Assembly: GCA_030390025.1 (NCBI GenBank)
Contig: CM059431.1
Coordinates: 158,660,001 to 158,724,000, forward strand
DNA from: Squalus acanthias
Lineage: Eukaryota
DNA: 64,000 nucleotides
Direction of reading: 5' to 3'
Below are positions 13,401 to 26,339 of the stretch, in pieces. The position numbers and the translations under genes were made by a program. Every line of letters begins with the position of its first letter. Positions within the stretch are counted from its first letter, which is position 1. Under the pieces are notes generated by a model, which saw nothing but the letters and a program-made list of their open reading frames with translations, ran no database searches and was not told the origin of the DNA.

Positions 13401-14992
13401 GTTCTACCCATACAGATTACACCTCATCAGAGCTAATATCCTTCCTTTCAATTGTGTTGATCCCCTCTTTAACAAGCAGTGCTACCCCACCTCCCTTTCT
13501 TTTTTGCCTATCTTTCCTAAATATTGAATAACCCTGGATTTTGAGTCCCCAGCCTTGGCCACCCTGGAGCCATGTTTCTGTAATCCCAATCAAACCGTAT
13601 TCATTTACCTCTATTTGCGCAGATAATTCCTCTACCTTGTTCCGAATGCTCATTGCATTAATACACAAAGCCTTCAGGCTTGTTTTTTTAACGCTCGCAG
13701 AACAATATGAATTATTATTTACTGTGACCATGTTTGATTTAAACCGTTGAGTTCTCTGCCTTCTACTTTTGTTTTTCTCCTTCCTGTCTTTAGCTTTTAT
13801 CCTTGTTTCCCTTTCCTCTGTCTCCCTGCTCAGATTCCCAACCCCCTGCCACTTTAGTTTAAACCCTCCCCAACAGCACTCGCAAACACTCCACCTTGGA
13901 CATCGGTCCCGGCCCTGCCCAGGCGCAGACCGTCCCGTTTGTACTGGTCCCACCTCCCCAGAACCGGTTCCAATGTCCAAGGAATTTGAATCCCTCCCCC
14001 TTGCACCATTCCTCTAGCCACGTATTCATTTGAAATATTATCCTATTTCTACTCTGACTAGCACGTGGCACTGGTAGCAATCCTGAGATTAATACCTTTG
14101 TGGTCCTCTTTTTTAATTTACCTCCTAACTCCCTATATTCTGCTTTTAGGACCTCATCCCGTTTTTTACCGATATCGTTGATGCCTATGTGCACCACGAC
14201 AACTGGCTGCTCGCACTCCCCCTCCAAAATGTTCTGTAGCCGCTCCGAGACGTCCTTCACCCTTGCACCATGGAGGCAACACACTATCCTGGAGTCTCGA
14301 TTGCGGCCGCAGAAACGCTTATCTATTCCCCTTACAATTGAATCCCCTATCACTAAAGCTCTTCCACACTTTTTCCTCCCAGCCTGTGCAGCAGAGCCAC
14401 CCATGGTGCCAGGAAGTTGGCTGCTGCCGCCTTCCCCTGATAAGTCATCCCTCCCAACAGCATCCAAAGAGGTATATCTGTTTGAGAGGGGGATGGCCAC
14501 AGGGGACACCTGCACTACCTGCCTGCACCTCTTACTCTGCCTGGTGGTCACCCATTCACTTCCTGCCTGCCTGATATTTTTACAACACCTCTCCCAGATA
14601 TGTCTCCTCTCTATCCATCCATATATGCATCCCCACAGCCAGCCAGCCAGCCAGCCAGCTAGCCAGTCAGCGTCAACTGCCCATATCCAAATGTGCTCCC
14701 GCCAGGTTTCACAATCGTGGTTCAGATCAGGAATGCTTCACGTAGAACAATGTTTAAAATCACAAAGGCCTTTCAAAATGGCATTATCGAGCCAATTTGC
14801 TGCTTGTTACGGACCTTAACAGCCTATCCCGCCTTTCAGAGGCGGGACGGAGTCGGGACCAGCAGACACGATTTAATGAAAATTGCGTGGAGGCAGGATG
14901 GAGGCGGACTTGTGCCCGCCCGCCAGTTTTCGAAATTGTAACCCCCCACATGCCTCCAAACCCGCCTCCACGGGTCAATGAAAATCCAGCCC
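10499..14992. mobile_element. Harbinger-type non-autonomous element (about 0.68 kb of its own sequence) split by a CR1
   Basis: TIRs GGGCTGGCTTTT / AAAATCCAGCCC; TSD TAA at 10496-10498 and 14993-14995. Confidence 0.85.
10779..14572 (-). mobile_element. Relatively young CR1 LINE, 5'-truncated within ORF1 (SGNH esterase, APE, RT)
   Basis: ORF track 13859-14551 (GDSIVRG, HIGIND), 13417-13980, 12016-12546, 11411-11983 (PQGSVLGP, FADD); (TTCTATGT)n tail; 10-bp TSD CTCCCAGATA at 10769-10778 and 14591-14600. Confidence 0.95.
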
Positions 14993-15624
14993 TAAGATCT
15001 ACTTTATGGACCAAGTATTTGGTCACCTGTCCTAATTTGTGGCTCGATGTTAAATCGTGTTTTATAACGCTTCGGTGAGGCGCCCTGGGATGTTTACTTC
15101 GTTAAAGGAGCTGTATGAATTCAATTTGTTGTGGTTGTTGTGTAGGACAGCAGGCGGCCGCTGAAAGACGTTTACAACCACCGTCCATTTCCCTTGCGCG
15201 TTGAGAAAGGTTCTTCCACTTAATGAGCCGATTAGATGTACTCTTAATCCACGCCGCTTGCACTCCAAGGTGATAAAAAGACGCTCAAGCATTGTCATGC
15301 ATCTTGTAAAGGGGCATGAGTGGAAGAGTTTCGCAAACTCATTGAGTGAGTGAGAACAATGACAGAAGCAAACAGTCTAACCACCGTACCATTGAAAAAC
15401 TTCTCAAGTCATCTGTGCAAATACATTTTTCAAATGACTGTTTTTGATATTATGTGAAATCTGTGCCTAATCATCATCATCTTACTGACCAGTCACAACA
15501 AACGATTACTATGTGCTTTGCTGTAATCCTAAAAGCATTTTACTGGTACTTCGGTAAATATTTCAGCTACAGTGAAAACATTTTACCTTCTCAAATGTCT
15601 CTTCAAATCTGTAAATCCTTCGCC

Positions 15625-16055
15625 ATGGCAGTGTTCTACGGCGGGTGATATTGACTGTGGGCGATATTGGAAAATATTAGGCAAAAAACATATTGGCTGC
15701 CCATGATACACCATGACCGCATTTCCTTTCCATTGGGAAAGTTTAACACTGTCGCGTAAAGTCCAGATGTACCCGTTGACATCAATGGAGAAGAAAATCA
15801 GCCGTGGAGCTTAATAGTTGGCTATTTCGACATCGCCCATTTTGCACCACAGGCCAAAGTAAAACTTAGCCACAAAATCTACTGCATGGGATTAAAATGC
15901 ACCTTCCAGAAATGTTGAATCCTTTCAGCCTTATTTGCAGTCGGCGTAGCCGATGCTGAGGCCAAGGAGGTGAAGACCAAAATACATTGAAGTCAATGGA
16001 AAGCAGGATTCGATGGGGTGTGTAATGACCACTCATCATAATGAACCCTTATTAC
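15625..16055. repeat. Degenerate copies of a short palindromic MITE family
   Basis: Centres like CATTGAAGTCAATGG and GTTGACATCAATGG, plus the arm motif CGCCCATTTTGCACCAC shared with 17646-18013. Confidence 0.45.
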
Positions 16056-17350
16056 AAACTATTTGTTGCGTAAAAATATATTGTCACAAATTATGCAATG
16101 TAAAAAAATCTAACACTGAAATGCTGCCATTATAATAAATTCAGTAACTGCAATCTTCTAATGGTAACAATCTGTTATTGTCCATCTTTCATAAGATCAA
16201 AGTATGTTTATTCAAAATTCACAAATATCAGTTGTTAAAACCTCTTATAACACATACTGGCAAAATAAGTCTCTCATTACTTTACACTTTGATTATTACC
16301 TTCTCATTAGAAAAAGTTACAAATCCCTAATTTTATGCTTTATTCGGTGTGTTTACAAATACTTCATTATGATAACCTCTGAAAACAAATCTCCCATGAT
16401 AGCATTGTTTTGTTATGAATCATTTTGTTATTATAGTTTTCGCGTCCGGTCCCCTTACGCGGTGGAACAAGCTTCCTGTGCCCGTTTGTAACAGACTTAA
16501 AATTGTTCAGCCGTAGGTGGGAACTAAGGCCAGCTTTTCGTCAGCACATTGATTTGTATGAGGAGCTGAAAGGCGCTGTGAAGCCAATGTGCAGTCGGAA
16601 CTTGACAGATCGCAAGTTTGGGATTGAGCGCAGCAGAAATGCCGAATTTGCAGTCAGTTTTTTTAAAGGATTGGGTATGATGACCTACTCTGAGGGTCCG
16701 CCGTCAGACAGACCGCAAATTCAGGGACTTCATCTATTTAGTTCTGAGTTACAAAGTATCTACAGCAGATAAACAGGCCATTCGGCCCAACAGGTCCATG
16801 CCGATTTCTACTTCAATATTTAACCCGTCACGTAAATCACTTAAAACCCATAACGACCGACTGTGGAATTGCAACATTTTTTGCTTTGCTTTCAGATTGG
16901 CAGCATTAGTATTTCATATTTTTATTTTCATCTCTGCTTATTATACTACCAACATGTTTTCTCTTTGTAATGCGGGCTGAGCAACAACGGTCTCACAGAC
17001 ATTTATATCGAGGGACTCTGCTGCACACTCCACACAAACTAGTCACTGAGAATATTGGACCTTCGTAACCGTAAAATGACTGGTGAGAAGGAAAACTGTT
17101 TGAAACTGCAGTCATATTGCCAACTGCAAAACCACACGGGGAAAAGTAAGGATCGATTCCTCAGCCGATAATTCACGTTGCTCCATTAGCCTTGTATCCT
17201 GCGACCTATAGGGCGGTCGGAGGCGAGCTAACTTGATGTGGATCTGTTCTCTTCTAGCGATTGCAATATTCGTATGTTCTTCATACTTATATTCCGCGCA
17301 TGGAATAAAAAAAGCGTCTGAGGTTATTCCAGTAAATAAATAAAATCATT

Positions 17351-18013
17351 GGGGCAAAATTGGTCTTGGGCGGTTGGAGAAAAAGGGACATAGCGAAAGC
17401 ACATCCCGTGGTGCATCCCACCTGTCTTTTTTGTCCGTTAAAAGCAATTGAAACGAACGTCTGGTGCAGTTTAAAATGGACAGCCGATTCGGTATCGTTG
17501 AAATACCGCTACCGCTCTAATTACCGTGATATTTAATGGAACAGCGGAATTTTTGCGGGATTTGAAGTAATTACAGCAGTGTAGCTGAAAAATCGCATTT
17601 TATTGCTTTTGAAAGATGAAATGATTGTGAACAGCTGAACGATATGGGCCCAGTAATGCGACTTGGACTGTGGTGCAAAACGGGCCATATCGGATCTGCC
17701 GCCCTTCACACGCAGCGCCCGATGTTTACTAATGACTGCAATGAAATTGAATATCAGGCCCTGCGTATAAGGGGCGGACGATCCGATACCGCCCGTTTTG
17801 CGCCATCGCCCGAGAAAAAGGTCGAGATCAATGGGCCTAGAAATACGTCTCGGCGGGTGGCGATAAACGGGCCGTATAGGATCGGCCGCCCGTTATACGC
17901 AGCGCCTGATATTCAGTTCCATTAACTGCAATAGAACTGAATATCAGGCGCTGCGTATAAGAGGCGGCCGATCCGATACCGTCCGTTTTGCGCCACCGCC
18001 CAGGACGAGTTTC
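17351..18013. mobile_element. Cluster of three ~180-bp whole-length palindromic MITEs (about 17351-17520, 17646-17822, 17833-18013)
   Basis: Perfect 27-bp inverted repeat at 17893-17919 / 17934-17960 with a 14-nt loop, extending imperfectly to about 85-bp arms; GGG-starting termini. Confidence 0.8.
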
Positions 18014-18111
18014 ATTTTCTTACTTGTGCAATAGAGTATTAGTTCAAATGTCGCTTTCCTGTAATCAGCGAATACAACCCAAGAGCTCCCACATTAAATG
18101 CTATGATTTTG

Positions 18112-21050
18112 TTTTTCGTTCACGGCTCTTGGCGTCGCCGGCAAGGCCAGCATTTATTGTCCATCCTTAATTGAACTTGAGAAGGTGGTGGTGAGCCACC
18201 TTCTTGAACCGCCGCAGTCCGTGCGGTGATGGTACTCCCACACTGCTGTTAGGTAGGGAGTTCCAGGATTCTGACCTAGCGATGATGAAGGAACGGCGTT
18301 AAATTTTCAAGTCAGGATGGTGTGTGACTTGGAGGGGAACTTGGAGTTGGTTATGCTCCCATGCGCCTACTGCCCTTGTCCTTCTCGGTGGTAGAGCTCG
18401 CGGGTATGGGAGGTGCTGCCGAAGAAGCCTTGGCGAGTTGCTGCGTGCATCTTGTAGATGGTACACACTGCAGCCACGGTATGCCAGTGGTGGAGAGAGT
18501 GACTGTTTAAAGTGCTGGATGGTTTGCCAATCAAGCGGGCTGTTTTGTCCTGGATAGAGTCGAGCTTCTTGAGGGTTTTTGGAGCTGCATGCATCTAGTC
18601 AAGTGGAGAGTATTCCATCATCCTCTTTGCTTGTGCCTTGTAGATGGTGGAAAGGCTTTGGTGAGTCAGGAGGTGAGGCACTCGCCGCAGAATACCTAGC
18701 CTCTGACATCTCTTGTTGCCACAGTATTTTTTAGGCTGGTGTAGCTAAGTTTCTGGTCAATGGTGACCCCTAGGATGTTGATGGTGGGGGATTATGCGAC
18801 GCTAATGCCATTGAATATAATGGGGCAATGGGTACAATCCAGCTTGTTGGAGATAGCCATTGCCTGGCACTTCTGTGACACTAATGTTACCTGCCACTTA
18901 TCAGCCCAAGCCTGAACATGGTCCAGGTCTTGTAGCTTGAGGGCATGGATTGCTTCCTTATCTGACCGGTTGTGAATGGAGATGAACGCTGTGCAGTCAT
19001 CAACGAAAATCCTCTTTTCTGACCGTACTTTGGAAATAAGATCATTGATGAAGCAACAGCAGATGGTTGGGCCTAGGACTCTGCGCGGAGGAACTCCTGC
19101 AGCGATGACCTGGGGCTGTGATGATTGACATTCAACCACCACAACCATCTGCCTTTGTGTTAGTTATGACTCCAGCCATTGGAGATTTTTCTCCCCGATT
19201 CCCATTGACTTCAATTTTACTAGGGCTCCTTGATGCCACACTCGGTCAAATGCTGCCTTGATATCAACGACAGTCACTCCCACCTCACCTCTTCAATTCA
19301 GCTCCTTTTTCAATGTTTCGACCAAGGCTGTAGTGAGGTCGGGAGCCGAGTGGTCTGGGCAGAACCCAAACTGGGCATCAGTGAGCAGGTTGTTTGTGAG
19401 TAAGTGCCGTTTGATATAAATGTTGATGACACCTCCCATCACTTTGCTGAGAGTAGAGTGATGGGGCGGTAATTGGCCGCTTTGGACTTGTCCTGCTTTT
19501 TGTGGATAGGACATACATGGGCAGTTTCCCACATTGTCGGTAGATGTCTGTGTTGTAGCTGTACTGGAACAGCTTGTCTAGAGGAACGGCTAGTGCTGGA
19601 GCAAATGTGTTTAGCATGATAGCAGGGATGTTGTCGGGGCCCAAAGCCTTTGCTGTATCCAGTGCTTTGAGCCGTTTCCTGATATCTCGTGGAGTGAATC
19701 CAATTGGCTGAAGATTGGCTTCTGTGATGGTGGGGACCTCTGGAGAAGGCCGATATGGATCATCCACTCGGCACTTCTGGCTGAAGATGGTGGCAAACGT
19801 TTCAGCCTTGTCTTTTACAGCCACGAGCTGGGTTCCACCATCATTGAGGATGGGGATATTCATGGAGGCTCCTCCTCCCGTTAGTTGTTCAATTGTCCAA
19901 CACCATTCACGACTGGATGTGGTAGGACTGTAGAGCTTTGATCTGATCCGTTGACTGTGGGATCGCTTAGCCCTGTCTATAGCATGCTGCATCCACTTTT
20001 TAGCATGCATCTAGTCCTGTGTTGCAGCTTCCCCAGGTTGGCACCTCTTATTAGGTATGCCTGGTGCTGCTCCTGGCATGCTCTTCTACAATCATTATTG
20101 AAACAGGGTTGGTCCCCTGGCTTGATGATAATGGGAGAGTGAGGGATATACCGGGCCAAGAGGTTACAGATTGTGGTGGAATACAATTCTGCTGCTGCTG
20201 ATGGCCCTCAGTGCCTCATGCTTGCCCAGTTTGAAGCTGCTACATCAGTTTCGAATCTATCCCATTTAGCAAAGTGGTCGTGCCACATAACACGATGGAG
20301 GGTAACCTCAGCGTGAAGACGGGACTTCGTCAACACAATGACTGTGCGGTGGTCACTACTACCATTACTGTCATAGACATATACATCTGCGATAGGTAGA
20401 TTGGTAAGGACGAGTTCAAAAGATTATCACCGCGTGTTGGTTGTTTCCCCAACTGTCGCAGGCCCAGACTGGCAGAAATGTCATTCAGGGCTCGGCCCAG
20501 CTCGGTCAGTAGTGGTTCTACCGAGCAACTCTTGCTGATGGACATTGAAGTCCCGCACCCATAGTAAATTCTGTACCTTTGTTATGCTCAGTACTTCTTC
20601 CAAGTAGTTTTCAATATGGAGGAGTACTGATTCATCAGCTGAGGGATGGTGGTAGGTGGTAATCAGCAGGAGGACTCCGTGCCCATGCTTGACCTGAACC
20701 CATGAGATTTCATGGGGTCTGGAGTCAATGCTGAAAACACCAAATGCCACTCCTTCCCGAATGTATATCACTCTAATGCCACCCCTGGTTGGACTGTCCT
20801 GCCGATGGGATGGGACATTCCCAGGGATGGTGATGGAGCAGTTTGGGACATTGGCTTAAAGGAATGATTCTGTGAGTATGACTATGTCAGGCTCTTGCTT
20901 GACTCGTCTGTGGGACAGCTCTCCCAATTTTGACACAAGTCCCCAGATGTTGGTGAGGAGGACTTTGCAGGGTCCAATGGGCTGTGTGTGCTGTTGTTGT
21001 GCCCATAGCCAGCGGCGAGGTCGAGAGCGGGTGGTCCGTCGGCTTTTATT
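18112..21050 (-). mobile_element. Decayed APE-RT LINE of a second lineage (CR1/L2-group, distinct from the esterase CR1s)
   Basis: Peptides TTYHHPSAD, RDFNVHQ, KALGPDNIP, DAQFGF, AGVPP-RVLGP and FVDD; 3' end with GGACAATAAATGCTGGCC. Confidence 0.85.
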
Positions 21051-21151
21051 CTGATTATTGTGCTTTTTAGCGGTTCATTACAAATGCGTGGCTTGCTAAA
21101 CCATTTGAGAGGTCAGTTAAGCGTCATCCACATTGGGTCTGAAGTCACATG

Positions 21152-21633
21152 TGGAAAAGGCAGATCGAGTTTGACTAATCTAATTGCATTTTTTGATGAA
21201 GTAACAGGGACGATCGATGAAGGGAATGCAATGGCAGTTGTCTATATGGATTTGAGGAAGGCGTTTAACAAAGTACCAAATAGACGGCTGGTTAACAAAA
21301 TTGAGTATCATGGAATAGGTGTATCAGTGGCAGCTTGGATAAGGAATAGGCGAAAGGACAGAAAACAGCGAGTTGTGTTAAATGGCTGTTTTTCAGACAG
21401 GAGGATGGTAGACAGTGGTGTTCCCCAGGGTCAGTGCTGGGGCCAATGCTGTTTTTGATATATATATATAAATGACCGGGATATTGGAATACAATGTAGA
21501 ATTTCTAAATTTGGCCATGACACCAAACTTGGGGGTGTGGCATACAGTGATGATGATACCAATCGAATGCAACAGGACATAGAAAGGCTAGCAGAACGGG
21601 CAGACAAGTGGCAGATGGAAATTAATACACAGA
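21152..21633 (+). mobile_element. CR1-Y RT fragment
   Basis: Peptides SLTNLIAFFDEV, MDLRKAFNKVP and SGVPQG; near-duplicate of 24315-24790. Confidence 0.85.
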
Positions 21634-24600
21634 AGGAGCTGATTGTTGAGTAACTGGCGAATGTAGTTTGTTTAAGGACACTTCGCTGAGCCTGGACGAT
21701 CACATGTGCGGGAAAAGTCGCCAGCTACAGCAACTCGAGCGCTTGAATGGCGGCTGGAAACACTGCAGTGCATCCGCGAGGCTGAGAGTTACGTAGATAG
21801 CACGTTTCTAGAGGTGGTCACCCCGCGGCTTAAGAGTATGCAGGGCGAGAGGGAATGGGTGACCGCCAGACAGAAGAAGAGGACCAGGCAGGTAGTGCAT
21901 GAATCCCCGGAGTGCATCGCGCCCTCAAACCAGTACTAATTTCTGAATACAGGTGAGGGTAATGGTTCCTCTGGGGAGTGCACCCACTGTCAAGTCCACG
22001 GCATCACGGGTGCTCAGAGTCACGCTGCGAGGAAAAATAACGGAAGAACCATAGTGGTAGGGGATCGATAGTTAGGGGAACAGACAGGCGTTTCTCCATA
22101 GACGTGATTCCAGGATGGTATGTTTCCTCCCTGGTGCCAGGGTCAGGGATGTCACTGAGCGGCAGCAGGACACTGAGCGGGCAGGAGGAACAGCTAGAGG
22201 TCATTGTCCATATCGGTACCAACGATATTGGCAGAAAGAGGGATAAGGTCTTGCAGGCAGAGTTTAGGGAGCGAGGAGAGAGATTAAAAAGCAGGACCTC
22301 AATGCTAGTAATCTCCGGATTACTCCCGATGCCACGTGCTAGTGAGTACGGGAATAGGAGGATAGAACAGATGAAGGCGTTGCTGGAGAGATGATGCAGG
22401 AGGGAGGGCTTTAGATTCCTGAGGCATTGAGACCGTTTCTGGGGAAGGTGGGACCTGTACAAGCCAGATGGGTTACACCTCAACAGAGCCGGGACCAATA
22501 TTCTCGCGGGGAGGTTTGCTAGTGCTGTTGTGGAGGCAGTAAACTAGTTGGCAGGGGGATTGGCACCAGCATATAGCAGTAGCAACGAGGAATAGGGTGC
22601 ATAAATGAGTGAGTGGGTTGGATAGTACTAGAGAAGATAGTACCAGAGGCGTTAGAAGTATCGTATTAGGTAGGAGCAGACTAAGGAAGATTACGAAAAT
22701 TTCAAAAATGGGCTTAGAATGCATGTACGTAAACGCACAAAGTGTGCTGAATAAATTTGGTGAGCTACAATTAGCCGTCTGGCAATATGATTTTGTGGCA
22801 ATAACGGAAACGTGGCTTAGAAACGGTGAGGATTGGGCACTTAATATTCAAGGGTACAAAATGTTCAGAAAATATAGGGGAGGAAAAAAGGGAGGTGATG
22901 TGGCAGTGCTGATTAAGGAAGACATTGTAGCGTTGGAAAGGGAGCATGTTCTTAAGGGGACAAGGACATAATCCATTAGGTTAGAATTAAGGAGCATAAA
23001 GGGTATGATCACGCTATTGGGGGTATTCTATAGGCCTCCAAATAATGAGAGGGTGGTAGTGAATCAAAAAATGCAGGGAAATCGCAGAGATTTGCAAGAG
23101 CTCTGGAGTGGTGATACTGGGGGACTTTATTTACCCAAATATCGATTGGGATAGTGGTAGGATAATGGGAAAGGAAGGGGAGGAATTTCTGAAATGTGTT
23201 CAGCAGAGTTTTCTTGCCCAATATGTTCTTGGCCTAACTAGGAATGCAGCATTGCTGGATATGGTGCTGGTGCATGAAGTGAGCCAGGTCGACTAAGTGT
23301 CTGTGGGAGAACACTTGGGTACTAGTGATCATCGTATCAAGTGCTTTATATTAGCAATGGAGAAGAGCAAGGGACAGTGTAGAGTGGAATTTCCAAACTG
23401 TAATAGGGCTAACTTCAATGGGATGCTAAAGGATCTAACCAGGGTAAAATGGAACCAATCATACAGGAAAAACAGTAACGGAACAATGGATGATCTTTAA
23501 GGAGGAGATGTTACAAGCACAGGCTGGGTACATTCCAACAAGAGCGAAGGGAAAGGGAACCAAAGCAAGGGCTCATTGAATAATGAGGGAGATAGAGAAG
23601 ATGATGAAACAAAAAAAGAGGGTGTATGATGCATGTCAGGTGAATTCTTCAAGGGACAACCAGACCAAATACAATAGGTTGAGAGGGGATGTGAAGATGG
23701 GGAAAAAATGGACAAAGAGAGAATATGAGAATAGAATGGCGGTTAACATTAAAGGGGACCCAAAAATCTTCTACCGGCATGTAAACAGTAAGCGGGTAGT
23801 AAGAGGCGGGGTGGTGCCTATTAGAAACAAAGAAGGTGTTATATGCTTAGAGGCGCAGGACAAGGCTACAATATTCAATGAGTGCTTTGTATCGGTGTTT
23901 ACTAATTAAGTGGATGCTGACAATATATCGGTAGAAGTGGAAAAGGTAGAAGCAATGGAAGGGATGAACATTGATAGACAGGATGTACTATAATGTCTGG
24001 GTATGATTAGAGTGGACAAGTCGCCTGGTCCAAATGGTTTGCGTCCGAGGTTGCTAAGGGAATTGCGGGAGGAGATAGGGGAAGGGCTTGCCATAATTTT
24101 CCAATCTTCCCTACATGCGGGGGAGGTGCCTGAGGATTGGAAATTTGCAAATGTGACATCATTCTTCGAGAAAGTCTAAAGGACAATGCTAGTAATTATA
24201 GGCTGGTCAGTTTAACATCAGTGGTGGGTTAAGTTTTAGAAACAATAATCAAGGTAAAACTTAACAGGCATTTCGAGAGGTTTAAGCTAAGTAAGGAGGG
24301 TCAACAAGGGTTTGTAAAAGGAAGATCGTGTTTGACCAGTCTAATTGAACTTTTTCATGAAGTAACAGAGAGGATTGGTGAAGGGAATGCAATGCACGTT
24401 GTCGACATGGATTTTCGGAAGGCGTTTGGCAAAGTACCACATAGAATGTTGGTTAACAAAATTGAGGCTCATGGAATAGGTGGGTCAGTGGCAGCTTGGA
24501 AAAGGAATTGGCTTAAAGACAGAAACAGCGAATTTTGGTAAATGACTGTTTTTCAGACTAAAGAATGGAAGACAGCAGTGTTCCCCAAGGGTCCGTGCTG

Positions 24601-25583
24601 GGGCCACTGCTTGTTTTGGTATATATATATGACCTAGATATTGGAATACAGTGTAGAATTTCTAAATTTGCCGATGACCCCAAACTTGGGGGTGTGGCAA
24701 GCAGTGATGATGATATTAATCGACTGCAACTGGACACAGAAAGGCTAGCAGAATGGGCAGACAAGTGGAAGATGTAATTTAATACAGAGAAGTGTGAGGT
24801 GATGCATTTTGGCAGAAGGAACAGGGAGAGGCAATATACACTTAATGGTACAGTTTTAAAGGGTTTACAGGGAAAGCGGGACCTGGGGGTTAATGTGCAT
24901 AGGTCCCTGAATGTGGCACGAAATATTGAGGTAGCGGTTGACATACATATGGGATCTTGGGCTTCATAAGTAGATGTATTGAGTACAAAAATAGAGAAGT
25001 TATGCTGAACTTTTGTAAAGCGCTGGTTAGGCCGCAAATGAATTATTGCGTCCAGTTCTCATCACCACACTTTAGGAAGGATGTGAATGTCCTTGAGAGG
25101 ATGCAGAGTGATTTACCAGAATGGTTTCGGGGATGGGGGATCTGAGCTATAAGGACAGGTTTGAGAAGCTGGATTTGTTTCCATTAGAGCAAAGGAGGTT
25201 GAGGGCGATTTGATAGAGGTGTACAAGATTATGATGGGTTTGGAAAGGCTAGACGGGGAAAGGCTGTTCGCACTAATTAATGGTACAAGGACCAGGGGAC
25301 CCAGATTTAAAGTTTTGGGCAAGAGATACAGGGGGGCCGTGAGGAAAAACTTTTTTACGCAGTGAGTGGTGATGACCTGAAATTCGCTGCTGACGGAAGT
25401 GGTGGAAGTAGAGACACTCAATGTTTTCAAGGGGAGACTGGATAGGCACTTGAGGGAAATAAATTTGCAGGGCTAAGGGGATAGAGCGGGGGAATGGGAC
25501 TGACTCGAATGCTCTGCAGAGAGCCGGCACGGACTCGATGGGCCGAATGGACTCCTTTTGTGCCATTATGACTCTATAACTAT
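21634..25583 (+). mobile_element. Near full-length decayed CR1-Y (ORF1 esterase + ORF2)
   Basis: Peptides VHIGTND, ISGLLPMP, YVNAQSV, AITETWL, PQGSVLGP and FADD; (CTCTATRA) tail. Confidence 0.9.
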
Positions 25584-25584
25584 A

Positions 25585-25914
25585 GTTCGCCAAGGCTTCT
25601 TCGGCAGCACCTCCCAAAGCCGCGACCTCTTCCACCGATAATGACAAGGGAAGCAGGAGTATGGGAACACCATCAGCTGCAAGTTCCCCTCCAAGTTACA
25701 CGCCATCCTGACTTGGAAATATCTCGCCGTTCCTTCATCGTCGCTGTGTCAAAATCTTGGAACTCCCTAACTAACTGCACTGTGGGAGTACCTTCACCAC
25801 ACGGACAGCTGCGTTTCAAGAAGGCGGCTCATTACCACATTCTCAAGGGCAATTAGCGATGGGCAATAAATGCTGGCCTGGCCAGTTACGTCCACATCCC
25901 AAGAACGAATAAAA
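25585..25914 (+). mobile_element. 3' fragment of the second LINE lineage
   Basis: Reverse-complement homology to 18112-18440; ends GGGCAATAAATGCTGGCC...GAACGAATAAAA. Confidence 0.85.
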
Positions 25915-26339
25915 CTCAATCATTTGAAATATGTTCGAAACTTCTGGTAACTGTCAACCAGCAGCTGTGCGTGCTTGTCTTGAATAGGTGCTAATTCGGG
26001 TGAATTGGGGGCTGAGATAGCAATTCTAATCTTGTTTGGGTCCAAGGTGTGTAAAAGTAAAGCGTAACTGTTGACGCACAGAGTGGTCTGCACAGAGTGG
26101 TCTTAAATAGAATGCTTCCAAACAGAGAATTAATGTTGGGAATTCGGCGCAGTGTAGGATCGAGTTTTTGCGTTTTGCCTCCAAAATTTGGAGCACTTTG
26201 TGCTACAGGTAAGTATTTAATTGCATCTGCCTTTAAATTAAAATAGATCTACTAATGAGTTAAAAATTAAACTATAAGCTAAGTTAATTAAATATATACA
26301 CTTTATTTAACTAAATAAAGAAAACAAGTATGTAAATAG

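Larger units (their letters stand above)
8580..15142 (+). mobile_element. L2 LINE 3' portion in three pieces (8580-8843, 9860-10498, 14993-15142), split by nested insertions
   Basis: Motifs GVPQ-S-IGPLLF, HMYADD and HAFVISRLDYSNA; the L2 3' end with a (TTG)n tail at about 15127-15142; flanks rejoin across the insertions. Confidence 0.8.

Noticed and set aside
14610..14668. (CCAT)/(CCAG)n run and the C-rich tract at 29780-29850
   Set aside because: Ordinary simple repeats.
11715..14819. Long ORFs antisense to CR1 (also at 35-36, 42-45 and 60-61 kb)
   Set aside because: Shadow frames of LINE coding sequence.
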